Source of the DNA: Camelus ferus
Taxonomy: Eukaryota
Direction of reading: 5' to 3'
DNA: 64,000 nt
Assembly (NCBI RefSeq): GCF_009834535.1
Contig: NC_045697.1
Coordinates: 4,962,001-5,026,000, forward strand
Below the pieces are notes generated by a model, which did no database searches, was not told the DNA's origin, and was given only the letters and a program-made list of their open reading frames with translations. Positions 12,301 through 25,200 of this stretch are shown here, piece after piece. Each line of letters begins with the position of its first letter. The first letter of the stretch is position 1. The position numbers were made by a program, and so were the translations under genes.

Positions 12301-14655
12301 GAATTCATAGTTAAAAACTTTCCTGCAAAGAACCCCAGGCCCAAATATCTTCAGTGGCCAACTCTACCAAACATGTGTTAGAAAAAATGCCAATCTACAC
12401 AGGCTTTTCTGCAAAGTAGAAGAGGAGGGAACATTTCCCAACTTACAGTGCCAACATTACTCTGATACCAAAACCACACAAAAATGTTAAAAGAAAACTA
12501 CACATTTCCTCATGAACGAAGGTAAAAATTATAACTGAGATGTTAGCAAATTGACTCCAACAGTCCATAAAAAGGAGAGTACATTATGACCAAGTGGGAT
12601 TTACTCTGGGAATATAAGGCTGGTTCAACATTCCAAAATCAGTGTATTTCAAGGGACTATGGAAGGGAAACCATATAATTATCTTAATAGACGCAGAAAA
12701 GATATTTGACAAAATTCAACATTCATTTATGATGAAAAACCTCAGAAAATTGGAAATAGAAGGAAACTTCCTCACTCTGATGAAGAACAACTACAAAACT
12801 TGTAGCTAATACCATACTCAGCAGTAAAAACAAAACAAATAAACAAACAAAAACCGAACTGACTTCTGGCTCAGATCAGGATCAAGACCAAGTAAATGAA
12901 ATGTTCTAGCCTGGGGAACAAGAAAGGCATGCAAGATTGGAAAGGAGGAGATAAAGCTGCCTCTATTTGCAAACATGATTGTCTACATAGAAAGCCTAAA
13001 GAATTTACTAAAAAAACTGATAGAACTGATATGTGAACTTAGCAAAATTACAGGACAATACAAGGCCAATACACAAAAATCAGTCATATCTCTATAGATT
13101 AGCAATTAATAACTGGTAACTAAATTTTTTAAAAATGTACCACTTGGATAGCACCAAAAATTCGTACGACAGATATATATGTAACAACGTATTTTCAAAA
13201 CTGATTTGCTGAAAATTATAAAGCACTGATGAAAGAATCCAAAATAACCTAAATACATGGAGAGAGGTTCTGTCTTCATGGATTGCAAGAGTCAACATTG
13301 TTACGATGTCATCTCTCCCTAAACTGATCTATAGACTCAGTTCAATGCTAACAAAAATCCAGAGAGATCTTTTTTAGTAGAAATCAACAAACTGATTCTA
13401 AAATTTATGTGAAAAAGCAGAGGATATAGAAGAGCCAAAATAATTTTGAAAAGCAGAAAAAAGCTGGAGGACTCTCACTACCTAACTTTAAGTATCAGTG
13501 AAGCTACAGGAAAGTGTGAGATCAGCTAAAACATACACAGACAGATCAGTGGGAACGAACAGCATCCAGAAACACTCCCGCACATTTATGGTCGATTGAG
13601 CTTTGATGAAGTTGCAAAAGCAGTGCAGTAAAGAACAGTCTTTTCAACAAATGGTGCTGGAACAGGTGTACAGTTTTTGCAAGTAAATGAAGCCTCTCTT
13701 ACACTTCACACCATGATCAAAAATGAACTCACAATGGACTATAGCTCTACATGCAAAACCCAAAGAAAACAAGAGGAGAAAATCTCTGTGACCTCATGTG
13801 AGGAGAACGTGTTTAGATATGCCCCCCCAACCCAAGGTTAATAAATGAAAAAGGAAAATTGGGGTTCGCTAGAATTTAAAACATCTGCTTTTAAAAAGAC
13901 TCCAGTAAGGTAAGTCAGTGACTGGTGAAAATATTTGCAAAATACATGGACTTATTCCCAGAATGTATAAAGAATGATCAAAACTTGATAATCAAAAAGA
14001 CAGTCCAATAAATCAATGGGCAATGATTTGAACAGATACTTCACAAAGAAGGTGTGTGGATGGCAAATAAACAAATGAAACTATGTTCAACACTTTGTCA
14101 GATTCTTAGAAAGTTAAATGTACACTTACAAATGACCCAGGAATCCCTCTTCTACGTAATTATTCTAGAGAAGTAGAAGTTCATATAAAATGAAGTTTGA
14201 ATTAAGTTCATATAAAAATCTGTATGCAAATGGATTATTTATAATTTTATAAGACTAGAAATAACTCAAATCTCCTACAGCTTCTGATGGGGAAGCCAAC
14301 GGTGTCTCCTCATCCCACGGAGTTCTGGCCAGCAATCAAAAGGGAAGCTACTCACCCGCACCACACGCCTAAATTTCAAAAGCGTCATTCTCAGTAAAAA
14401 AAACAGATTCAAAAGGTTCTCAACACTATGATTCTGTTTTTTAGACTTTCTGGAATAGTTAGAAGTATAGGGGTAGAAAATTAATTACTGGCTGCCAAGG
14501 ACTGGGATGAGGGCGTTTTGGAGGTGATGGAACTCTTCTGTATCTTCATTATGGTGGTGGTTATAATGACTGTATATGTTTGTTCAAATTCATAGCACTA
14601 TACACTAAAAGAGTATATTTTACTGCCTGGAAATTGTTCTTCAAAAAATAAACAT
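9385..14655 (+). mobile_element. Ancient, degraded, near full-length L1 (L1M family): ORF1 remnant, ORF2 remnant and 3'UTR
   Basis: A-rich strand with recognisable ORF2 nucleotide motifs (ttggagatttcaacaca, gaccaagtgggattt, gcagaaaagatatttgacaaaattcaac, tcaacaaatggtgctggaac) and an L1M 3'UTR; many stops and frameshifts. Confidence 0.9.
10916..11126 (-). mobile_element. MER63A-like hAT DNA transposon inserted in the old L1
   Basis: Reverse complement ccagcagtgtgctgg..aatgtttaataac...gatttcaagttac...ggggaagagatgc matches my recall of MER63A; L1 endonuclease sequence resumes on both sides. Confidence 0.7.
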
Positions 14656-14788
14656 CTCAAACTATGTATTTATCAGTTTGATGATTTGTAAAGTGATTGT
14701 CTCCCTTGCAAACAGCTATACCAATAAGGGCAAGAATATTTCCTGTTTGTTCAAAGATGTATCAATAAATCTCTGTTGAGTGGAAGGA

Positions 14789-14818
14789 AGGATGGATGGA
14801 TGGATGGATGGATGGATG
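14789..14818. repeat. (GGAT)n microsatellite at an L2-like tail
   Basis: ggatggatggatggatggatggatggatg. Confidence 0.9.
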
Positions 14819-16624
14819 ATTGGCAGGTTCTAAGGAAAGACACTGGGCCCTGGAGCCTCACTGCCTGGGTCTGAAAGCTGGTTCTGTCGCTTTCTCTGGC
14901 ACGGAGGGCAGCAAGCTTCACTTTGCTTAGCCTCCATCATTTCTGCAAGGAAAGTCCATGCAGGGCCACCCATGGTGTCTCCACAACCATCCATGTTTGC
15001 TCACTGCAGCATCCTGGGGAGAGGACTCACATTTGGTGAGTACTGACAGGGCACCAGTGCCATCTGTACCTGCCATCCCCAGTCAACCCAGATCCTATCA
15101 CGAACTAGGATTTGTTTGGGGGTCTGGTTCCGCGACTAGACTGTGGGCTCCATGACGCAAGGGAATAGCAGACTTGGCTGTGGGCTCCAGTGCTTGGCTT
15201 AAACCAAATCATCAGTCATCCAAATAATAACAACGGCAACAATAACAACAATGATAATATCAGCTACCAGCTGGGTGCATCTCCCAGGGGCCAGGCTTTA
15301 CATCATGCACCTTCCACAGTCATGTCACAGATGACCTTCTAAGGCAGACTGAATAAACACTAATGCCATTTCTCAGAGGAGAACACTGTCGGGTCGGGTG
15401 GTCTGGCGTTCACCATGCTGGGCACCTCATGTGCATTACGGTGGGTACAGAGATCCACCTGAGTTCACCCAGCGGAGATGTGGAAGACACTCACGTCTCC
15501 CCATGCTTCACCAGGACCCATTCGTGGATGTCCAGTTACCCATTTGCTTCTCCAGGGCCACTCATGAGACCAACCCTGCAAATCTGATCACCACCATCTC
15601 CCGCACTGAGCTTTCTGCTGTTCAAAGACCCCTGGTGCTTTGGCCAGCCGGGCTCACCCTCCTGCCCGCCCTCTCTTGCTCTGTAAGCCATAAAAACGCG
15701 GAGCTGCTAGAGTCCCCGGCACACGGTGCTGGTTCACTCCCCTGTGCCTTTGCACGGGCTGACACGGTCTCTCATCCCCACACGGCAGGTGAGCTCCCAG
15801 TCTAACTCAGGTGGTCACTTTCTGGGGCATCCGTTTTGACTGGGACCTGTGTGTATCCCTGCCTGCACAGCTGTCCGCCCTGCAGATGCTGCGCTCCTGA
15901 GGCCCGGGAGGGCATCGCTCCCCCCTGCACCCCAGTGCCTGGCTCTGGGCCCCGCCCCCCATAACACTCCAGGGTTTGCTGAAAGGACACTCCAGCTCTT
16001 CACTTCACCTCCGATGAACAAACTCTGAAGCCCTGGGCGGCTGCTGGAACGCCTCTGACTTCTAATCTGGCACCTTGCAGGCAGATCTCTTCCCCCTGTT
16101 TGTGAATTCCATCTGCTCTTTTAATTAATGAAAATTCAATTCTGTGCAAATGTTTCTTCTGGGATCATCCTTCCTGAGCAACCTGTGGGAGCTTACTCAT
16201 CAACCCGTTCCCTGAATCCATGTTTGGAACATTCTGGGAACTTGTTATTGGGCCTTTGAACTGAGCAGCTCAAGTGAACGAAATCAGCACGCCTGTCACT
16301 TGGCATCAGGAACTGACAGCCTGGGATCTGCAGGATGTGACTTTATCGAGAGGGCGCCCCTCAGCCCCGTCTTCCCCACCAACCTCCCGCTGCCTGGCAC
16401 TGCCAGCCCCTACAGTCTCTGAAAATATATCCATTTGATAAACTGGTTGTGCCCTCTAAATCCCATAAAAATCTCTCTGGTGCATTAGTTCATTAATTCT
16501 GTACTGAAGCTCCTTGAATTAAAAGGACACCAGAAGCTCTCAATCATGGGTACAGCTGAGACAATACACTTTTTTATTGTTTGAGAAATATGGCTTTCTG
16601 ATATAAGAACTAAGTGTTAAAAAG

Positions 16625-16850
16625 GCAGCTTGGCATAGTGGTAAGATCCTGGACTTTGGACCCAAAAAGACATGGCTTCAAATTCTGGCTCCTTCATGTG
16701 CCAGCTGTGTGACCCTAGGGAGGTTAACTAACCTCTCTGAGCCTCAGATAACTCATACATAAAGTGAAAGAGATGTAGATACATCACGTGGATCTTCGCA
16801 TTTAATCCAACGCAATGATAGATGTGGTAGGGTCTCAATACATGTTGGTT
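16625..16850 (+). mobile_element. MIR SINE
   Basis: ggcatagtggtaag...agctgtgtgacc...aacctctctgagcctcag. Confidence 0.8.
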
Positions 16851-17989
16851 TTCTTCTCCTTTTTGAAGGTGGGACCACTGAGGAGAATGGCCAACTGGGT
16901 CACCACTGGCCTGCTTTCCCAGAGGCTAAGAGCCAGGATAGGGCTGCCTCAGACATCAGTGGGAGGCCAGGGCATGACACTGAGGCAGTCTGGGAGAATC
17001 TGCAGCGCATGGTGGCAAAGAGGGGCAAAAAGATCAGGGCTGGGGAACACTGTCTTGAATTTCTCCAGTGGTCCAGACCCTACTTTCCTGGAGATCAGTT
17101 TGCTTTTTAGAAACAGCCCAAAGGCAGCTGGAACAAATGCATAGGCTAACGGAGGAAACTGCAAATGGGAGAGCGGCCCCCGCCTTCCCTCTGCAGGTGA
17201 TGACTCTTCCTGCCTCTACCTGCCCCTCCTGGCGAGGCGCTCCTGGCTCAGAATCGGTGCTCTCCTCTCCTGTGTCCGCCCTGGGGGGTGCTGTCGCTGC
17301 CATGGCCTTGCTGCATCTCTGTGCTGGCAACTTCCCAGTGCACAGACCCGGTCCACATCACCCTCCAGATGCTGGAGTGCACCTGACTACTCTGAAGCTC
17401 CTCCAGGCACCTCACATTCAAATGCACCCCTCCCACCACCCCCCACACCCGCTGCTCCTGCGGTGTCCCCTACACAGAGAACACCACTGGGACCCACTCC
17501 ACGGCCCCACCCAGAAGCCTGGAGGCGACCTTATCCCCTCCTTCACGCCCATTCTCCATCTCCGAGTCCTGCCCATCTGATCTTGAAATCATAAGGCAGT
17601 GACCTCCACGGATGGAACTACCCCAACTCTGGATCCTTCTGGAAAGGGGTTTCAGAAAGATCATCAACAGTGAAAGCCTTATCGGGGTCTGTATTCAGCA
17701 TCCCAAGAGGACTCGAACAGACCCACTCGTCTGTGCGCCCTCTGGTGTTCACACGGACCTGGGCCTTTCTCGCCACCGGCGTCAACCTGGGCGGGTCACC
17801 CAGCCGGTCTCCTCAACTCTAAAATGAGAGTAAATAATTGTGCCGACTTCGTGTTTGCAAGGATTAAATAAGGTTATGGGTAGAATGCCTGGCATAATGT
17901 AAATACTAAAAAGTATTGTTTCTACCATTATTCACCGCCAAACTTCATTCATGCAACTTGGTAAGTTAAAGATGAATGACACCTTTATG

Positions 17990-19640
17990 ATGCTGTGGAG
18001 TCTGGGGAGATGATGACATAGTCTTTGAATCTCCACAATCCACACACTGAAAACTGGCGGAGCAGGTACATGGCTAAACCAAAACCCACAGGTGACACTC
18101 ACTACAAAACCAAGTCATCCCCCCAAATCCCCAGATATAAGCAGGTGGGGACAAACCAGCAACAGTGGCAAGTGCTCCATAGCGGTGATTTCTGTACAGA
18201 AGGAAACAGGAAAGACAAGGCAGCATGTGCTGGACCAGAGGACCAAGAACTGCGAGACAGCCAGCGGGCATTAACTGGGAAGCCAGCTGGCCAACCTGAG
18301 AACGGTGGCTGGGACCAGGAAGCACGTGTCCAGGCCCACCCCAGGCGAGAGGAAAGGGCCCTTGGTGAGCCCTGCAGGGGCAAGAGAGTCTGCAACACAA
18401 AATCCCTTCCATCAACCCAGCCGGTGCTTCCTTCTAGGAAAGATCCCCAGGAGAAACTGTTGAGACTGAAACCAAAATTGACCAAGACGGGGACCCTACA
18501 GGTCAAAGAAAGAGGAGGTCCAGGGAGAAGCGGGCAAGTGGAACCGGGCCAGGAGCTCCCAGGTAGCAAATTGCCTTGGGTTGTGATCCTTCACATAAAG
18601 AACAGAAGAGGCAAGTCTGTTAAGTTGGCAAAGCCACCCCGAATGACACCATCTTCCAAAGGTTTAAGAAAACTAGTATTACATGAAAATGAGCAACAGC
18701 AAAGTTTCAGGAAAGTATCAAAGTGAAGGGAGAAGAAAAGAGCAGAGTAACAGTGTACAATGGAAGTGCATCAGAAAAGACAGTGCGGTGGACTGTTTTG
18801 TTAATGGCTCCCCAGTGGATCAAGCCGACTGGTATCCGTGCCCAGTGCAGTCCCCTCCCACGTGGTCCCTGGTCTTCATCATGTGACTTGCTTTGGCCAA
18901 TTAGACGTCAGGAAAGGTGAAGCAAGCAGAGGCTTTATAAGCTTGTAGGAGCTGGGTTCTCCCTGAAACTTCTGACACCATGTAAGCAAACCCACTCTGG
19001 GCCCCTTGAGGATGAAGGACCACACAGAGAGAGGGGCCCGTTCATCACAGCAGTCCTGGCTGGTCCAGCAGCTGCATGCGCGGGCCCAGCCAAACCCAGC
19101 AGAAGAACCGCTCTGTCAAATGGCAGAACTGTGATGAATAATAGATTGCTATTATTCTAAGCCACTAGGTTTTGATTTGGTTTGTTATGTAACAACTGAT
19201 AACTCATGACATGAAAGAATACATACATTATAATTTAAAAACGCAGAAATATGGCAAGAGAAACAAAGGTAAAATTATTTCAGTAATAAATACTTTGCTA
19301 GAAAGCACGCAAAGCAAATAAACACAACAGATAACGCTTTAAAATAAAGAGAAGGAAAAAACTGCGAAAAATTTAAACAGATGAAGAAAGAGATATGGAA
19401 GATTTGAAAATGGCAAGTACTGAAGATGGGCAAAGAAGATCCAACATTCAGGTAGTAGGCATCCTTAACAAAGAAAACTACAGTAAAGGGACAGACTGTA
19501 TGCTAAAAATGACATTTTCATCAAAAGTTCTAAAGAGAAACAACCTGAAACCACACATTGGAGGATCACTGTGTACCTAAGATATAAATCCCAAATGACC
19601 AACACCAACATTATGTTCCCACAACACTATAAGACTTTAA
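17990..19640 (+). mobile_element. Ancient L1 (L1ME/HAL1-like) 5' region and ORF1 remnant, interrupted by an LTR
   Basis: ORF 19395-19580 contains RRSNIQVVGI, resembling the L1 ORF1 RRxNIRIIG motif; A-rich flanks. Confidence 0.5.
18784..19207 (+). mobile_element. MaLR LTR (MLT1G/H-like)
   Basis: catgtgacttgctttggccaat...agcaagcagaggcttt...ctaagccactaggttttg...gtttgttatgtaacaactgataac. Confidence 0.75.
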
Positions 19641-19899
19641 AGAATAAGGGTTTATTGTTTGTTTGTTTTTTTCCTAAGTTGGAGCCAACTTTTCTGGCTG
19701 GGTAGGAGTCCTCTAGAAAACACAGGAGAAGGTCCTCCTGGCAGGGGAGACAGACTGGGTGAAGGTCAAAGGTGTGAGAGAGCATGGTACAGACAGGGCA
19801 TGGCTGGAATCTGGTGAAGGGGTGGGACTGGGTGAGTGAGGGGTGGGATGATAAAGCAGAAGAGGAATGCTGAGGCCTGAGGGGTCCTGGAACACTCAC

Positions 19900-19989
19900 C
19901 CATGTAGGGCTTGGTCCCGGCCATGGAGGAAGCCTTTTCTGCTCCTTTCACGATCGTTGCTATGTTGAAGTCTGTGATGTGAACGTGCC
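19900..19989 (-). CDS. STK32B: STK32B 90-nt coding exon (about exon 6), [33 protein letters not shown] motif and activation segment
   Basis: Minus strand reads ctatctccag|GGCACGTTCACATCACAGACTTC...AAGCCCTACATGG|gtgagt, with a branch-point-like ctaac at 20013-20017. DFN in place of DFG is typical of STK32/YANK kinases; KGAEKASSM fits STK32B better than A or C. Confidence 0.95.
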
Positions 19990-20152
19990 CTGGAGATAGA
20001 GCAGAAACAGCAGTTAGCAAGAGCTGCAGGCAGATGGGTGACTTTCTTGCCTGATTTAAAGCTGTGGTCTGTGAGGGTGGGTACAGGACGAAAATACCGC
20101 AGCTTCTATTTACACTAGCATGTTATCAGATACTTTGAAAGTATCTATTTTT

Positions 20153-20630
20153 GGCAGCATCATTCACAGTAGCCAAGCAACAGAGACAACCTAAATGTCT
20201 ATCAACAGACGAACAGACAAAGAAAATGTGGTACGTATATACAATGGAGTATTACTCAGCCACGAGAAAGGCCATCCTGCCATCTGGGACAAAGTGGATG
20301 GACCCCGAGGGCATTATGCTATGTGAGGTAAGTCAGACAGAGAAAGAGGAAGACTGCATGGTATCACTTCTACGTGGAGTCTCAAAAACCGTCAAACTCA
20401 TAGAAACAGAGAGCAGAAAAGTGGTTGCTGGGGCTGGGGGTGGGGAAGTAGGAAAAGGCTGGTAAAAGGCAACAAACTTCCAGCTCTCAGATGAAGAAGG
20501 TTCGAGGAGCTAAAGTAAAACATGCTGACTATACTTGATAACACTGTATTGTATCATTAAAATTTGCTAAGACAGTAGAACTTAAATATTCTTACCCTCC
20601 AAAAAAATATACATACATATGTCAGATGAA
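20153..20630 (+). mobile_element. L1 3' end (L1MA9-like)
   Basis: ORF 20151-20465 resembles the ORF2 C-terminus (QPKCLSTDEQTKKMWYVYTMEYYSA); possible TSD aagtatctatttt / aaatacctatttt. Confidence 0.85.
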
Positions 20631-20806
20631 AAATACCTATTTTATGTGCAAATTTTATAATGTAAATTTTTGGTGGTACATGCATGTTATTAATAAACAA
20701 ATAGACTTACATTGAGGACATAATAAAATGTTCATTGATTATAGTTTAGAGGCACTGGACCAGAGATTTAAAAAAGCTCCTGATAAATAAAGACAGGTGA
20801 GTCCAG

Positions 20807-20928
20807 TGGAGGGAGGGTATAGCCCAGTGGTGGAGCACGTGCTTAGCCTGCACCAGGTCCTGGGCTCAGTCCCCAGTACCTCCATTATAAATAAGTAAAT
20901 TAGAACCTAATTCCTCCCGCCCCACAAA
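20807..20928 (+). mobile_element. tRNA-derived camelid SINE (Vic-1-like) with 18-bp TSD
   Basis: gggagggtatagcccagtggtggagcacgtgcttagcctgcaccaggtcctgggctcagtccccagtacc; TSD aaagacaggtgagtccag (20789-20806) / aaaggcaggtgagtccag (20929-20946). Confidence 0.85.
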
Positions 20929-21348
20929 AAAGGCAGGTGAGTCCAGAATCCCTGTCTTAGGGAAACACTCGGTTGGGGGAGGGGCATGAAGAGAGGGTTC
21001 TCATGCTCTGAGGACATCCTTGTTCTGTGGTCTGTCTGCTCTTCCGTGGGGGCCATAGTTCTGTCTCTGATAAACTGAGTGGTAAGTGGGCTTAGAGGTT
21101 GAGACCCGTCTTTCACCCAGCCTAAAGTAATGGCTGCAGATGAGACATGGATAGACTGAGTGTACCTGTAAACAGGTGCTCAAACAACCTGAGAGGGAAG
21201 GAAGAGGGACAGAGAAGAAGGAAGGAGACAAGGAGATGTGAGGGTAAAAAGAAAAAGTGACACAGGAGGGTGAGAGGTGGGGGCGGGGCGAATCCCAAAT
21301 GGGCGGTACTGGCTCTCTGGGGGAACTTATTTGATATAAAAAGAGCTC

Positions 21349-21391
21349 TGCCCATCAACAGATGAATGGATAAAGAAGGTGTGGAATATAT

Positions 21392-21444
<53 letters not shown>

Positions 21445-21800
21445 TACAATGGAATACTATTCTGCCATAAAAAAGAATGAAATGTTGTCACTTGCAGCAA
21501 CATGGATGGACTTGGAGGGCATTATGCTCAGTGAAAACAAGTCAGAAAGAGAAAACAAATAATGTATGATGTCACTTGTATGTGGAATCAAAAAAATACA
21601 ACAAACTGGTGAATAAAACAAAAAAGAAGCAGACCAGATACAGAGAACAAACTAGGGGTTACCAGTGGGGAAAGGGAAGGTGAATGATATAGGGGATTTT
21701 TTTTAAAAGGTTATTACGGGGTTATATGAAATCATGTGTGTGCAACTTTTGAAAATTGTGAAGTACTATAGAATTAAAAAAATAAACAAAACAAAATAAA
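21349..21800 (+). mobile_element. Lineage L1 3' end with an internal microsatellite
   Basis: cccatcaacagatgaatggataaagaag...caacatggatggacttggagggcatt...A-rich tail; TSD-like taaaaagagctct / taaaaccagctct. Confidence 0.85.
21387..21448. repeat. (TACATA)n microsatellite
   Basis: tatatatacatatacatatacata... with about 8 near-perfect units. Confidence 0.9.
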
Positions 21801-22419
21801 ATAAAACCAGCTCTCTGAGACCCTTGAATACCTGATATACATGCATTCACATTTCTTTCTGTTTGTCATCACATCATGTGAAAATGGTTGGATTTTCATC
21901 ATATCTGAGAGTTGTGTTTGGGATGGCAGGACTTAAATACATAGAGGGGTGGCATATACAAAACTGGAACATTGGGAGGCCCTGGAGGGCACCTCCAAGA
22001 GATGGACAGACCGCCGCTGGAGCAGCTGTAATGAGGCTGTCTGAGCGTCTCCCGGGAGAGGCTGCCTGATGTGATCGGTCACAGTGGACAGAAAAAGCAC
22101 CAGCAGTTTCATGTGCAAATCTCAAATCTCAGGCTCAGCTGCCAGCACTAACGTGTGAGCGACCTGCTCTGCCAGGCGCTCTGTCCAGTGCCCCCAGGTG
22201 AGATGCAGCAGGAGGTACTCAGTGATGATTTGCAGTACCTTTTAGGTACTTGCAGATAAAGCTTAAGTCATTGAGCCAGGACTTTGTTGGGAACTCTTTC
22301 TGGCCAGACACACAATGTCCCCACCCAGGTAGCATCCCTACAAACACCCAGCCTGCTCCAGCCCCTGGGGCTGGGCTGAGCATCCCTCCCACTCAGGAAC
22401 CCGCGGTCCTGACGGCAGA

Positions 22420-22690
22420 GAGGCAGCGCGGCGCAGGAGCTGGGTACACAGACGCTGAGTCACACTGCCTTGGTCTGGGTCTCAGCTTTGTCATGACCAG
22501 TTATGTGACCTTGGGCAAATAACTTAATCTCTTTGGGCTTTGGGTTTCTCATCTGTAAAATGGGGAAGATGACATAGCAAAATGCCCAACTCAGAGGGCT
22601 GTTGGGGAGTTAACACACCTGAAATGGTTAGAGCATATCAAAACACAGGCATTAGAGGATTTCTTACAAGTATTTGCTCTTAGCAGTACT
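22420..22690 (+). mobile_element. MIR SINE
   Basis: atgtgaccttgggcaaataacttaatctct...tttctcatctgtaaaatgggga. Confidence 0.8.
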
Positions 22691-22779
22691 GTCTTGCCAA
22701 GGTGTGCTTCCGATCTCATTTTCTTCAGCCAGGGCCAACCCACCCCTTCACCCTCTCATTTCCTCATTTCTTCTTCTCC

Positions 22780-22970
22780 TTTTTTATTTTTCAAATTGAA
22801 GTAGTCAGTAACAGTGTGTCAATTTCTGGTATACAGCAGTGTCCCATTCATATATATACACATATTTGTTTTCATGTTCTTTTTCATTAAAGGTTATTAT
22901 AAGATATCGAATATAGTTCCCTGTGCTATACAGAAGAAATTTGTTTTTTATCTATTTTTATATATGGTGG
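22780..22970 (-). mobile_element. Short lineage L1 3' end
   Basis: Reverse complement of the L1 tail seen at 40282-40449 (atatagttccctgtgctataca). Confidence 0.8.
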
Positions 22971-23149
22971 TTTTAATAGGGGGAGAAATGACAGAAAACC
23001 AAATAAATGCCACATTCGAAGATTGCAGAACCCACTCCCAGTGGTGCCGCTGTGTTTGGGAATGTACAGGTGTGGGATGCAGATGTGACTCAGATGTCCA
23101 CCTACTCTCACATACATCACAGTCTAAAACAAGACTGCGAATTTATTGG

Positions 23150-25200
23150 AATGTGGTGTTTACTTGGTTTTTATCATTTCTCCCCCTCTTATAATTTTTA
23201 AAAATATTTGCAGTATGAAAGTAATGCCAGCTCATTACAAGTCACAGAATCTAAATGTGTTTGAATCTGTCCTTTCAACTCCCCAGCGTCTCCTCTCCTA
23301 GCCATATGCACTCACTGATCCACTCAATCCTCCGTTATTTCTCCCTTTGCTTATGCAAATTACATCCACATATGCTGGGACTCTAGTTTGTTCTTACAAT
23401 AAAGAGATTATATTCCATGGGTTATTCTAAAAGTTACTTTTGCATTTAACCGTTTATCAAGGACATATTTCCAAATCAAGATACATAGGTCTACCTATGA
23501 GACCCACAATCCCTTATCCTGCATTCTAAATCCAAATTTTTTCTTTGTTGTCATTCCCTTGGTGATAAACCTGACCGAGAACTTCTCTTCATAACTCTGT
23601 TGATTCTTAGGGTGAATATTCATCTTCTGCTATAGAAATATTTATATATTTGATTACAAGATGTTCCCTAAGCCTTGATACATGGTATACAGTATATATT
23701 ACATTATACATGGTATACATTATTTAAAATATTATTATATATTAGACACTTTATTTTCAGATTATTATGATATAGTATTTAATGTAAGTATATTTTCAAA
23801 TCTGAAAACTTCTGAGTTGTGAAAGCATGTTTGGCCCCAAGAATTTCAGGTAAGAAACTGTGGCCCTGTACTCGCCAGTGTTCCACAGTGCGACTGTATC
23901 ATATTTTATTCAACAATTCTCCTATTACAGTGCTCAGGCTGTTTCCAGCTTTGTTTGCTTGTTTGTCTTGTTCTTATAAAATATGCAGCAATAGCATTCT
24001 TGAACATATCTTTATATACTGGTACTTTTATTTCCTGGATAAATTCCCAGAGGAGGGAGTGACAGATCAAAGTGTATGCATTTCATGTTCCAAAAAGTGA
24101 CTATTGATGGTACTGTAAACAGAATGTAAGAGTGTTCTCTGCACTTTTACCAACACTATCAATAATCTTACTTGTTGATTGTTAGCAGATGGTGAGAGAT
24201 GGTATCTCAATGCTGATGAGGCCTCACAGTTTTCATGTGACCAGTATCCCTGTGAACTGTCTAGAATCCTGGTCAGTTTTCAATCAGAGCTCCTTGTCCA
24301 TTCAGTACATTTGCCCTGTTCTCTGCTTCATCTCCAGCAGATGCAGTCTCCTAGCTTACTATCTGTTCTCTGACTTTGTCTGTAGGATCTCTCCCATACG
24401 AAAGTTTAAAAAATTCAAACAATATATTATGTTCATAGTTCCCAAGTATTATTTTTCTTAAAACTTTCCAGTTTCCAGAAACCTATTCCACTTCCAAGAT
24501 TTTACATATTCTTTGATATTTTCTTCTAATACGTATGTAATTTGTCTTTTATACTTAAATCTTTCAATCATATTTTTCTATATATTATGATAGAGCATTC
24601 TGATTTTATTTCTTCCAAAAAGATAGCCATTTGTCTCAACAACATTTATTGAAAAATTCATCCTTTCTCAATAACTGTGATGTGATCTTCACTTTACATG
24701 AAGTCACACATACATGTGGATCTGTTTATAGAGTCTCTCCTCTGTTCCACTGACCTATGATTTATTGATGGACCAGAACTATTTTCACTCACTTAATAGA
24801 TGTGTAGTCCATTATAATATTAGATGATAGTTTTTTTTTCAGTGTTTTCTTGGTAACTCTCCTGATATTTATTTGTTGGAGATGAATTCTGTCCAGCTTT
24901 AGGAAATACTTCCATTAAGATTCTGATAGGAATTAACATTGTTACACATCTGTGTGGGAAGTGTGGACACGTAATCCACCCAGGGTCATGCTCTGCCTTT
25001 CATTTAATCCTTGCTTTATTCCTTCAGTGTATGTTTGGTGTTCTCTTCATTTAGACCTCGTAAATCCCTGGGTAGGTTTCTCCCTAGGTATTATATAGTT
25101 TTGGTCACTTTTTTTTTTTTCTATCTAGTTGTTTTTACTATAATAAAAAATTATTAAGTTTTGCTTATTTATCTCCGATTTGGCTATCTATTAATCTTCC
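23150..25200 (-). mobile_element. Ancient L1 (L1ME-like) fragments
   Basis: T-rich strand with reverse L1 motifs (ttgtctcaacaacatttattgaaaa, ctgttccactgacctat, tttcctggataaattcccag). Confidence 0.65.
23498..23868. mobile_element. TcMar/Tigger-like MITE within the old L1
   Basis: Degenerate TIRs (gacccacaatcccttatcc / ggtaagaaactgtggccctg) flanked by TA. Confidence 0.55.

Noticed and set aside
18025..18726. 233-aa plus-strand ORF
   Set aside because: No recognisable domain, non-ATG start, and it lies in what looks like an ancient L1 5' region
19766..20020. 84-aa ORF as a standalone kinase gene or pseudogene
   Set aside because: Kinase similarity is confined exactly to the AG/GT-bounded 90-nt exon; the flanks are intron
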